From: an uncultured Syntrophobacterales bacterium
GTDB taxonomy: Bacteria; Desulfobacterota; Syntrophia; Syntrophales; UBA5619
Length of the DNA stretch: 64,000 nucleotides
Direction: 5' to 3'
NCBI GenBank assembly: GCA_903928915.1
Contig: CAIYSL010000068.1
Location: forward strand, 81,005-145,004
Shown in pieces: positions 8,303 to 17,169 of the stretch (positions within the stretch are counted from its first letter, which is position 1; every line of letters begins with the position of its first letter). Below the pieces are notes generated by a model. It was given only the letters and a program-made list of their open reading frames with translations. It was not told the DNA's origin and made no database searches. The position numbers were made by a program, and so were the translations under genes.

Positions 8303-8717
8303 GGAGAACTGTGATCACAAGCCCGTCAACCCCCTGGACCACGACAGGATCGTTTTTGTGAACGACCGTTCCCGGCTCGATCACCCGTGCCTGCCAGAGT
8401 ACCCCATGCACCCGGACATACCCGGAAGGGGCGAGCTCCTCGGCGGCAATACCTGCGGCGCCGACGAGGGCCTGGCGGGCGTCCACGGAAACCGCTTCGA
8501 AGGCGCTCCAGAGGAAGGGAAACAGGACGACGTCCTTGAGGACCCAGCAGAGGATCGCACCCCAGGCCAGCCATGAGGGTACACTCGTCCATTCCCGCAG
8601 GACCGCGAGGGCCAGGATCAGGAGCAGCAGATCGGGAATCTGCACCAGGATGTACCGGACCAGGACATCCTTCTGCGCTTTCCGCGACAATAGCCGGAAA
8701 CGGTGAAGCTGTTCCAT
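8220..8717 (-). CDS. NfeD-family membrane protein
   Basis: Start taken at MEQLHRF (ATG 8717). Two or three TM helices, then an OB-fold-like tail (GYVRVHGVLWQARVIEPG...VVVQGVDGLVITV). The low-complexity C-terminal tail overlaps the 3' end of the convergent MFS gene. Confidence 0.65.
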   Translation of the reverse strand: MEQLHRFRLLSRKAQKDVLVRYILVQIPDLLLLILALAVLREWTSVPSWLAWGAILCWVLKDVVLFPFLWSAFEAVSVDARQALVGAAGIAAEELAPSGYVRVHGVLWQARVIEPGTVVHKNDPVVVQGVDGLVITVLPTPSSPAPSSRRRAPRRQAGRGSRTSR

Positions 8718-8750
8718 ATTCGTCCTGCCGCACAATCCGCAACGGTTCGG

Positions 8751-9938
8751 TCAGGGCGTACCGATGCGGAAAATCTCACCCGTTGCGTAGTCGGCTACGT
8801 ACAGCTCCCCGGCCTCGTCCTCGCCGAAGGTCGAGATCGAAAGCGTCGTGTCGATCAGGAGTGCCGACTCGAACACGGCGCCGTTGCGCCGCAGGCCCCA
8901 GATCCGGCCGCTGCAAAAATCGCCGTAGAAGTAGATCCCGCGGAGCGCCGCCGCGGCTCCCCGGTAGACGTACCCGCCGGTGACCGAGCAATCGCCGTTT
9001 CCGTGGAGGTATTCCGCGACCGGGAGGGTGAGGCCGGCGGTGGCGCAGGTCGCCGAGCCGAAGCAGCGGCTCCCCTCCATGATGTTCCAGCCGTAGTTGG
9101 CGCCGGCGCCGCTGCCCGCGGGCTGGAAGTTGACCTCCTCGACGAGGTTCTGGCCCACATCGGCCACGTACAGATCGCCGGTCAGGCGGTCGAAGGAGAA
9201 GCGCCAGGGGTTCCTGAGCCCCAGGGACCACACGGCGCTGCCGAAGGGGTTGCCGGGGGGAATCCCGTACGGGGCTGCCCCGGAGAGGATGTCGATCCGC
9301 AGGAGCTTGCCGAGGAGTGCCGCGGGGTTCTGCCCGTTCCCCAGCGGATCGCCGCCGCTGCCGCCGTCGCCGGTGCCGATGTACAGGAGGCCGTCGGGTC
9401 CGAAGGCAAGCTGTCCGCCGTTGTGGTTGGCAAAGGGCTGGACGATGGTCAGCAGCTCCTGCCGGGAGAGGGGATCGGCACGGTCGGCGTCGGCGCTGAG
9501 GCCGAAGCGGGCGATGACCGTATTGCCCACGCCCGTCCGATCGGTGTAGTTGACGTAAAGGCTGCGGCGGGCCGCGAACCCGGGCGGAAAGGCCAGCCCC
9601 AGGAGCCCCTGTTCTCCCCCGGCGGGGGTGACGAGGTTCGCGATGTCGAGGAAGGGGACCGGGGCCACGGCGCCGTCGCGGATGATCCGTACGCGGCCGC
9701 CGTGCTCGCCCACGAAAAGCCTGGCGCTGCCGTCGCCGGCGTGGGTGATGGTGACCGGCTGCGCCAGGCCACCGGCAACGCGCGTCAAGGAAATCGCGGG
9801 GGGGAACGGCGGCGGCGTTCCCGTCGCGGCACCGCCGCCCCCGCCGCCGCACGCGGCGATCGACAGGACGAGCAGCAGCCCGCCGAGTACCCTGCCCGCT
9901 TCGGCCGGCGGACAGCTCTTTCCGATGGCGTCACTCAT
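8751..9938 (-). CDS. PQQ-dependent sugar (glucose/sorbosone) dehydrogenase-family lipoprotein
   Basis: Start at MSDAIGK (ATG 9938, AAGGAGG RBS). Lipobox LSIAAC. Motifs EQGLLGLAF, HNGGQLAFGPDGLLYIGTGDGG and LLGKLLRIDI are typical of the SGDH beta-propeller family. Confidence 0.85.
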   Translation of the reverse strand: MSDAIGKSCPPAEAGRVLGGLLLVLSIAACGGGGGGAATGTPPPFPPAISLTRVAGGLAQPVTITHAGDGSARLFVGEHGGRVRIIRDGAVAPVPFLDIANLVTPAGGEQGLLGLAFPPGFAARRSLYVNYTDRTGVGNTVIARFGLSADADRADPLSRQELLTIVQPFANHNGGQLAFGPDGLLYIGTGDGGSGGDPLGNGQNPAALLGKLLRIDILSGAAPYGIPPGNPFGSAVWSLGLRNPWRFSFDRLTGDLYVADVGQNLVEEVNFQPAGSGAGANYGWNIMEGSRCFGSATCATAGLTLPVAEYLHGNGDCSVTGGYVYRGAAAALRGIYFYGDFCSGRIWGLRRNGAVFESALLIDTTLSISTFGEDEAGELYVADYATGEIFRIGTP

Positions 9939-10145
9939 GGCGATCCTCCTTGCGCGCCCGATTCCCGCAGTACGCTCACCGGCCCGTCCGGCAAGCGCAC
10001 ACGGGGGTGATTCAATCATCCTCCTTTCGGGAGATATAACAATGTGGAGCGAATGGGGGCATTGCGGTAAGGGAAACCTACCCATACGAACCCCGGGCAA
10101 TTTCGCCTTGACAGTGCCCTGCCGCTCTGATTAACTGCCCGATTC

Positions 10146-11426
10146 ATGAGCGCCTCATCGCCACTGCTGCGTTTCCCCGACCTGAGCAGGGTCTTCTACG
10201 GATGGTGGATCATCCTCGCCTGTTTCATCGTCGGTGTCATCACCGGCGCCTTCACCTTCTTCGGGTTCACCGCCTTCTTCGATCCCCTGGTCAAGGAGTT
10301 CGGCTGGAGCTACACCCAGGTCTCCTTTGCCCTGAGCCTCAGGGGCATCGAGATGAGCCTCCTTTCCCCGGTCGTGGGATTTCTGGTCGACCGGTACGGG
10401 TCGCGGCGGCTTGCCCTGTGGGGCGTGTTCACCGTCGGCCTCGGGTTCATTCTGCTCACCTTCACCCGGGCGCTGTGGATGTTCTACGGGAGCATCGCCC
10501 TGATCGCCTTCGGGGGCGGCGGCTGCACCGGCGTCGTCCTGATGAACGTCGTCGTCCACTGGTTCCAGAAAAAGGCGGGGCTGGCGCTGGGGATCCTGAC
10601 CTCCGGGTTCGGCGCGAGCGGCTTCCTCATCCCGGCCATCGTCTGGCTGATCGACGACTTCGGCTGGCGGACGGCGGTGGTCATCATGGGGGCCGGGACC
10701 TGGCTGATCGGGATTCCCCTCGTCCTGGTCGTCCGCAACACCCCGGAGGAGTGCGGGCTGAGGCCCGACGGGATCGCGACGGACGACCTTGCCCCGGCGG
10801 GACCGGCAGCGGGGGGCGGCCGGCAGGAGCCGGAGAAGGTGGATCTCTGGGATGCCCTGCGACACCGGGCCTTCATCTGCCTCGCCCTCACCGAGGTGAT
10901 CCGGATGATGGCCGTGGCCGCCGTCATCACCCACATCATGCCGTACCTGAATCTCCTCCACGTCCCGCGCGCCACGGCCGGTCTGATCGCCGCCGGGGTT
11001 TCCGCGATCAGCATCCTGGGGCGGTTCGGGTTCGGCTGGCTCGCCGATTACTTCGACCGGCGGTACACCCTCGCCTTCTCCCTGACCATGATGACCCTGG
11101 GGATGTTTGCCCTGGTGTACGTGGACATCGGGTGGGTGATGCTCCTGTTCCTGTTCCTGTTCCCGACCGGATACGGCGGGGGGACCTCCGTCCGGGGGGT
11201 GCTGCTGGGGGAATACTTCGGCAGGGCCTCCTTCGGCCGCCTGATCGGACTGATCATGGGCATCGGGGCGATCGGGGGGATGGTCGGCCCGACGCTGGCA
11301 GGGTTCGTGTTCGACACCACGGGAAGCTACTATGCGGCCTGGATCGGCCTCGCCATCACCTCCTCGGTCTCCGTAGCGCTGATGCTGAGCGTCAAGCGGA
11401 AAGAGCGGCCGTCAGCCCAGGCCTGA
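10146..11426 (+). CDS. MFS transporter (oxalate/formate antiporter-like subfamily)
   Basis: 426 aa, 12-TM profile with a central hydrophilic loop, motif GFLVDRYGSRR. Confidence 0.8.
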   Translation: MSASSPLLRFPDLSRVFYGWWIILACFIVGVITGAFTFFGFTAFFDPLVKEFGWSYTQVSFALSLRGIEMSLLSPVVGFLVDRYGSRRLALWGVFTVGLGFILLTFTRALWMFYGSIALIAFGGGGCTGVVLMNVVVHWFQKKAGLALGILTSGFGASGFLIPAIVWLIDDFGWRTAVVIMGAGTWLIGIPLVLVVRNTPEECGLRPDGIATDDLAPAGPAAGGGRQEPEKVDLWDALRHRAFICLALTEVIRMMAVAAVITHIMPYLNLLHVPRATAGLIAAGVSAISILGRFGFGWLADYFDRRYTLAFSLTMMTLGMFALVYVDIGWVMLLFLFLFPTGYGGGTSVRGVLLGEYFGRASFGRLIGLIMGIGAIGGMVGPTLAGFVFDTTGSYYAAWIGLAITSSVSVALMLSVKRKERPSAQA

Positions 11427-11433
11427 CGAAGCG

Positions 11434-11898
11434 CTACCAGGTCGCATAGGGATGTTTGCCGAGATTTGCGTTGAAATACCGGGGATCGTCCGTTACCTCC
11501 GCGGCGATCCAGCCGGGTTTCTCGAAAGGTTCATCCTCGCGTTGCAGCTCCACCTCGGCCACCACCAGTCCCTGGTTCTCGCCGCGGAATTCGTCGATCT
11601 CCCAGGTATGCCCCCCCACGCGGACCCTGTAGCGGTCCTTCTCGATGAGCGGTTTTTCGCAGAGGCCGTTCAACAGCGCGTCGGCGTCCGCGACCGGGAT
11701 CTCGTACTCGAATTCGGAACGCACCGCCCCTGCCGTGATGCCCTTCACCGTCAGATACCCCTTGTTGCCGACCCTCCGGACCCGGACGGTTCGCTCCTTG
11801 ACGCTGCTGAGGTACCCCTGACGGTAGCGAGTTCCCGCGCCCGGCGCCTTCCACAGCTCGCCAGTCACCAGGAACTTCCTCTCGATCTCCGCGGCCAT
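11434..11898 (-). CDS. CYTH-domain protein (triphosphate tunnel metalloenzyme / class IV adenylate cyclase-like)
   Basis: Start at MAAEIERKFLV, which carries the canonical ExExK motif. About 154 aa. Confidence 0.85.
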   Translation of the reverse strand: MAAEIERKFLVTGELWKAPGAGTRYRQGYLSSVKERTVRVRRVGNKGYLTVKGITAGAVRSEFEYEIPVADADALLNGLCEKPLIEKDRYRVRVGGHTWEIDEFRGENQGLVVAEVELQREDEPFEKPGWIAAEVTDDPRYFNANLGKHPYATW

Positions 11899-11944
11899 GC
11901 CTGCCGTCTCCTTGCTCCGCACGGGGTTGCGCGCTACGCGGGCA

Positions 11945-14900
11945 TCACGGAGCGAATGCCTCGCGCACCTTGCGGGAAAGTCCCGCCAGGTTGAACGGCT
12001 TCTGAAGAAATCCCCGGCAACCCCGGTCCATGATCTCCTGGGCCTGGCCGTTGATGCTGTATCCGCTGGAGAGGAGGACGCCGACGCCGGGATTGATCGC
12101 CCTGAGGCGGTCGAAGGTCTCTCCGCCCGAAATTCCCGACATGATCATATCCAGGACGACCAGGTCGATCTCGGCTTGCTTCTCCAGGTAAACGGCGATC
12201 GCCTCCTGACCGCTCCCGGCCGCATAGACCCGGTACCCGAGAGACTCCAGCATCTCCTTGCTCACCTCCAGCACCATCTGCTCGTCATCCACCAGGAGGA
12301 TCGTTTCCGTACCCGTCAGGAGTGCGTCGAAAGACGCCGTTTCCTCGGCGACGTCCTTATCCGAGGCCGGAAGCCAGAGGTGGAACTCCGTCCCCTGGCC
12401 GGGCTCGGAATTGACGTGGATGATCCCGCGGTGTCCCTTGACGATCCCGTAGACCATCGCCAACCCCAGGCCGGTCCGCCGCCCGATGGCTTTCGTCGTG
12501 AAGAAGGGGTCGAATATCCGTTCCCGCGTCTTCTCGTCCATTCCGATACCCGTATCGATGACCGAGACCTTCACGTACCGTCCCGGTTTCTCCAGCTGCG
12601 CCAGACGGTCGTGCGCGTCCAGAACGCAATTCTGGGTTTCGATCGTGATCGATCCGCCCTTCGGCATGGCCTGCCATGCATTCACGTAGAGATTCATGAA
12701 CACCTGCTCCATCTGGCCCTGGTCCACCTCGATCGTCCACAGGTCCCGTTCGAACTTCCGGTAGACGGCGATTTCCTTCCGGGTCCGGGCGAAGATCTCC
12801 GCGGTCTTCTGGATGATCTCGTTGATGTTCGTCGGTTTTATCTCGTAGCGTCCGCCCCGGGCAAACCCGAGCAGCTGCCGCGTCAGGTCCGCCCCGCTCA
12901 CCACCTGGTCCTGAATCATCTTCAGCCGTTCCTGAAGGGGATGGGAGGAGCCGAAATCCAGCATCATGAGCGAGGTGATCCCCTGGATGCCCATCAGGAG
13001 GTTGTTGAAGTCGTGGGCGATCCCCCCCGCCAGGGTGCCGACGGACTCCATCTTCTGGGCCTGAAGCAGCTGCGCGGTCAGGCGCTTGCGCTCGGTCATG
13101 TCGATGAAACTCTCCAGGAGGTAATCCCGGTCCGCGATCCTCACCGGGACCACGGTCTTGAGCACCGGAATCTCCCGCCCCTCCGCCGTGATCAGGGTGT
13201 CCTCGTCGTTGTCTCGGGACGCGTGTCCGTCGGTGATCGGACAATTGCCCGCCCGGGCCCCGCAGATGCGTCCGTGGCAGGTCTGCCCGGTCAGCCCCTC
13301 CTTGGTTAGGCCGCACATCCCGGCCGCCATCCGGTTGATGTTGACGATCCGGTGGGTCTGCGCATCGATCAGGACGATGCCGGCCTGCACGTGTTCGAAT
13401 ACGGCGGTGAACAGCTCCGTGCTCTCCCGCAGCTTCTCCTCCTCCAGCCGGCGCTCGGTGATGTCCCGGGTGACGCTGAGGATGTGGGGCGCTCCGCCGA
13501 GGGTGATCACGCAGGCGGACATCAGCCCGTAGCGGATGCTGCCGTCCTTCATCCGAAAGGCGGCTTCCAGGTTCTTCACCTCCCCCGCCTTCTGCAGCCC
13601 CTCGATCAGCCGTTGACGGTCTTCCGGATCGGCCCAGATACTTGCGTCGAGGGAGGTCTTGCCGATGACGTCGCTTTCGGCGTACCCTGTTATCCGGGTG
13701 AAGCCGTCGTTGATCGTGACATACCTGCCGTCGGCCAGACGGTTGATGTTGATGGAGTCGGGGCTGGTGGTGAAGGCCTTGCGGAATTTCTCTTCGCTCT
13801 CGCGCAGGGCCCCCTCCGCCTTGCGTCGTTCGGTGATGTCGCGGGCAAAGGTCAGCACCGCCCGCTGGCTGCCGTAGCGGATCGGGACCGAGTGAGCCTC
13901 GACGGGGACTTCCGAGCCGTCGGAGTGGAGGTAGCTCCTCTCGCCCAGGGCGACGGGGCTCCATCCCTCGGAGAGCTGCCGCAGGGCTTCCTGGACCGCG
14001 TCATGATAGCGGGGGTGCATCCGGTCGAGGATGGACGTCCCGATCAACTCCGCGCCGCTCCGGACGCCGAGCAGGTCGGCGGCCATCTGATTCAGGTACA
14101 CGAACTTCCCGTCGGCGTGGACGTAGATCGCCTCCGGCGCGTGCTCGATCAGGGACCGGAATCTTCCCTCGCTCTCCCGGAGCGCCGTCTCTGCCTGCTG
14201 GCGTTCCTTGTCCTGGCGGATGATGAGCCATGCCCGCAGTCCGTAGTAGACGAACAGGCTGCCGCACAGGAGGCTTGCGAGGACCACCAGCAGCAGGCGG
14301 TTGCGGAAATCGGTCAGCGTCGCCAGAACCTCGTCCTCCGGCGTGGCGACGACCAGCGCCCAGAAGGTATTCCCGACGGCGATCGGCATGTAGACGGCAT
14401 GCTTCAAGACCGGTTCCGTCTTCTCCGCGACGACCCTGTCGAACACGTAGGTCGTGGTTCCCTCCCGTCCCTGGAGCATCTCCCGCGCCATGGCCAGGAT
14501 GGAGGGGGAGGCCATGCTCGTCTTGAAGACCGATTTCCCGACGTGTCCGGGGACGGGACAGTACAGTTCCGTCCCGTCGCGGCTCGTCACCCAGGCGTAT
14601 CCCGTCTTGCCGACCTTGATCGTCTCGATGTACCGCCGGGCCAGTGACTGAAAGTCGACCGTCACGGCGATCGTGCCGTTAAACACCCCCTTGCGGAACA
14701 CCGGCACGTGGATCGCAATTGTGTCGTAGCCCTGTACGGCCCGGAATACTTCGCTGACGACCGGTCTATGGGTGCGTATGACCTCCCGGACATGGCCCTG
14801 GGAGGAGAGGTCCCTGCCGACGAGGGCGGGGAGGACGGGGGAGGTGAAGGCAATCCTCCCGTCGGCGCCGACGCGGGCGATTCCCCGGATATGTTCGCGG

Positions 14901-15166
14901 CTGGTCTGGTAGAAGCGAGCGATGGTTTCCCTGCCGGTGCGGTCCAGCTCGGCAACGGCAGCCATTTCCGCGAGGGCGGTCAGGTTGCGTGTCCAGGTAG
15001 TGAAAAAGTCTTCGATTCCCCGGGCGGCCTGCCGGGCCATGAGCCGCTGCTGGACGTTCAGGTTGCGGATGGCTTCCTGTTCGGCTTCCTCGTAGAGCAG
15101 CGCATAAAACAGGACGCACGAGCCCAGCAGAAAAGCGAACAGGAAGATCACGAGACCTTTTTTCAT
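11945..15166 (-). CDS. hybrid sensor histidine kinase (TM-Cache-TM, multiple PAS, HisKA, HATPase_c, receiver)
   Basis: Start at [12 protein letters not shown] (ATG 15166); the upstream part of the 1223-aa track ORF is Arg/Ser-rich junk. H-box [12 protein letters not shown]-boxes DTGIGM / GLGLAMV, C-terminal REC (ILLVDDE...VLDMIMSG...KPF). Confidence 0.9.
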   Translation of the reverse strand: MKKGLVIFLFAFLLGSCVLFYALLYEEAEQEAIRNLNVQQRLMARQAARGIEDFFTTWTRNLTALAEMAAVAELDRTGRETIARFYQTSREHIRGIARVGADGRIAFTSPVLPALVGRDLSSQGHVREVIRTHRPVVSEVFRAVQGYDTIAIHVPVFRKGVFNGTIAVTVDFQSLARRYIETIKVGKTGYAWVTSRDGTELYCPVPGHVGKSVFKTSMASPSILAMAREMLQGREGTTTYVFDRVVAEKTEPVLKHAVYMPIAVGNTFWALVVATPEDEVLATLTDFRNRLLLVVLASLLCGSLFVYYGLRAWLIIRQDKERQQAETALRESEGRFRSLIEHAPEAIYVHADGKFVYLNQMAADLLGVRSGAELIGTSILDRMHPRYHDAVQEALRQLSEGWSPVALGERSYLHSDGSEVPVEAHSVPIRYGSQRAVLTFARDITERRKAEGALRESEEKFRKAFTTSPDSININRLADGRYVTINDGFTRITGYAESDVIGKTSLDASIWADPEDRQRLIEGLQKAGEVKNLEAAFRMKDGSIRYGLMSACVITLGGAPHILSVTRDITERRLEEEKLRESTELFTAVFEHVQAGIVLIDAQTHRIVNINRMAAGMCGLTKEGLTGQTCHGRICGARAGNCPITDGHASRDNDEDTLITAEGREIPVLKTVVPVRIADRDYLLESFIDMTERKRLTAQLLQAQKMESVGTLAGGIAHDFNNLLMGIQGITSLMMLDFGSSHPLQERLKMIQDQVVSGADLTRQLLGFARGGRYEIKPTNINEIIQKTAEIFARTRKEIAVYRKFERDLWTIEVDQGQMEQVFMNLYVNAWQAMPKGGSITIETQNCVLDAHDRLAQLEKPGRYVKVSVIDTGIGMDEKTRERIFDPFFTTKAIGRRTGLGLAMVYGIVKGHRGIIHVNSEPGQGTEFHLWLPASDKDVAEETASFDALLTGTETILLVDDEQMVLEVSKEMLESLGYRVYAAGSGQEAIAVYLEKQAEIDLVVLDMIMSGISGGETFDRLRAINPGVGVLLSSGYSINGQAQEIMDRGCRGFLQKPFNLAGLSRKVREAFAP

Positions 15167-15259
15167 CTTCGCCCTGCCTGCGGTGGACAGCGGGATTTCC
15201 GGTCGATGCCTCTCCCGGGGGTGCTGGGTGACACCCTGTGCGGACGGCCACTGGATAGG

Positions 15260-15288
15260 ATGATAGAAAAGAGATCCGGGAATGTCAA
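15260..15288 (-). promoter_or_regulatory. sigma-70-type promoter candidate for the Cache/PAS hybrid kinase
   Basis: On the minus strand: TTGACA (15288-15283), 17-nt spacer, TATCAT (15265-15260). Confidence 0.4.
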
Positions 15289-15347
15289 GGCGGATTGCGT
15301 TACGGGGAAGGGGCAAAGGGCAGAAGGACTCAAGCCGGGAATTGGGT

Positions 15348-16979
15348 TCAGCGCCGACTTCCCGCTCGCTGTTCGAGGGCAGCCGAAGCCCGCCGCAGGT
15401 TGTCGCGGGCGGAGGCGTAGTCCGGTTTGATCTGCAGTGACAGGACAAAATGCGCGATCGCCTCTTCCAGCCTGTTGGTCTGCGCCAGTGCGGCACCGAG
15501 ATTGTTGTGGGCCTTGGCAAGACGCGGTTTGATTCGTATGGACTCCCGGAAGAAGGGGATCGCCTCCTCCGGCCGCTGCAGGAGGACGAGCAGATAACCC
15601 GCATCATTTTGCGCATAGGCGTTCCGGGGATTCAGTTCGACGGCGCGCAGCAGACTACCCAGGGCTTCCTCTCGGCGCCCTTCCCGGCTCAGGGCGAGAC
15701 CGAGTCCGTGGTGCCCGCGGAAATTCGCGGGCCGTTTCTGCAGCGTGTCCGCCCAGATCGTCTTTTCCGACCGGTAATCGCCGTTCCGCTCAAAGGTGAG
15801 GAATCCCAGCCCCAGCGCCAGACAGGCGATCAAGGCCAGCGACGCGCGCCGGGCGGGACTGCCGCTGGGCATCGGCGGCAGATGCAATCGTCCTGTCCCC
15901 CACCGGTACCCCTGGACCACCGCGCCGACCAGCAGCACGATCAGGGGGGCAAGCGGCAGGTACATGCGGTGTTCAAACGCGAGGTCGGGGAGGGGAATCA
16001 GCGAGGTGGGGGCGAGCAGGAGGAAAAACGAAAGCCCCAGAAAACCGGCGGGCCGGCGCCTCGCCACCGCCCAGCAGGAGAGGCCGAGCAGCATCAGGAC
16101 TGCGGCGACAGCCGGCCAGACTTCCCGGAGCGTTGCCGCCGGCCACGCGTAATCGATCGTCAACCCGGAGGGCCAGAGGGTAAGACGCAGATAGTGGAGA
16201 ATCACCTCGCACTGGGTTATCCAATAGGCGAAGGCGGAAATCGGTGTTTCCTCCGTCGCCGAGAGCAGCGTATTGCCCATGCCTGCCAGCGCGACCATCA
16301 TGACCGCTCCCAGGGCGAGCCCCGCATAGAGCAGCGGAGATTGACGCACCGCCTGAAAAGGACGGTATCCCCTGAATACCCACTCGTAGGAAAACAGGAG
16401 CAGAGGCGCGACCACCGCCGCCTCTTTGGAGCCGGCAGCCAGGAGGAATGCGAGAACGGCAAGGAGGTGCCACGGCCCGGGCGGATTCGCCTGCCAGCCC
16501 CGCAAGGCGCAATACAGGGTCAGCATGCAGAAGAGGGCCATCAGCGATTCGCACCGCTGGATCACGTACGTCACGGCCTGCGTCTGCAGCGGGTGGAGGG
16601 CCCAGAGGAAGGCACAGACCAGCGAAAACAAGAAGGCGTCTTCCGCCGAGATGTCGCCTCCTCTGTACCGGAACGTTCGTCCGACGATTCCCAGAAGCGT
16701 CACTGCCGCCAGCAGGTGGACGAGGAGATTGAACAGATGATAACTCCAGACCTCCAAGCCGCTGATGGCGTAGTTCACCGCCAGGGAGAAATTCACAACC
16801 GGGCGGCTTACGATTCCGGCGGCTTCGGGCGACCAGAGATTCCGGATGGAGCTATTTTCGACGATGTTGATCGTGTCATCAAAAATAAACGGGCCGGAAA
16901 AGGTATTGCTGTAGGCGAGGGTGACCGCGACGAGCAGGAGAACGACCCCTCCGATCAGGTTACGGCGCTGTTTGCTCAT
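15348..16979 (-). CDS. TMTC/PMT-like multi-pass membrane protein with C-terminal TPR repeats
   Basis: Start at MSKQRRNLIGG. N-terminus AYSNTFSGPFIFDDTINIVEN plus about 10 TM helices, then TPR repeats (ALSREGRREEALGSLLRAVELNPRNAYAQNDAGY...). Confidence 0.7.
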   Translation of the reverse strand: MSKQRRNLIGGVVLLLVAVTLAYSNTFSGPFIFDDTINIVENSSIRNLWSPEAAGIVSRPVVNFSLAVNYAISGLEVWSYHLFNLLVHLLAAVTLLGIVGRTFRYRGGDISAEDAFLFSLVCAFLWALHPLQTQAVTYVIQRCESLMALFCMLTLYCALRGWQANPPGPWHLLAVLAFLLAAGSKEAAVVAPLLLFSYEWVFRGYRPFQAVRQSPLLYAGLALGAVMMVALAGMGNTLLSATEETPISAFAYWITQCEVILHYLRLTLWPSGLTIDYAWPAATLREVWPAVAAVLMLLGLSCWAVARRRPAGFLGLSFFLLLAPTSLIPLPDLAFEHRMYLPLAPLIVLLVGAVVQGYRWGTGRLHLPPMPSGSPARRASLALIACLALGLGFLTFERNGDYRSEKTIWADTLQKRPANFRGHHGLGLALSREGRREEALGSLLRAVELNPRNAYAQNDAGYLLVLLQRPEEAIPFFRESIRIKPRLAKAHNNLGAALAQTNRLEEAIAHFVLSLQIKPDYASARDNLRRASAALEQRAGSRR

Positions 16980-17169
16980 CGGTTCGTCCCAGCCGGTGAT
17001 TGCCCGGTATTGCCGGAGAGTGTCCGGGAAGGGGGCCCGGTGGATTGATGCGGGCACCCTTCCTGACACCGTCCGTCCCCTGTCCCGCTTCCCGAGCGGT
17101 TCCCCTGGGTACGTCGCCGGGCAGCGCCCCCTGCCGTTCACCCGCAGGGAGCGCCGGGTCCGCCCGGCG

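Noticed and set aside
11897-14647. 470-aa, 535-aa and 431-aa ORFs inside the Cache/PAS kinase locus
   Set aside because: They are out of frame or antisense to a kinase frame with a continuous Cache/PAS/HisKA/HATPase/REC signature, and have no RBS or motifs of their own.
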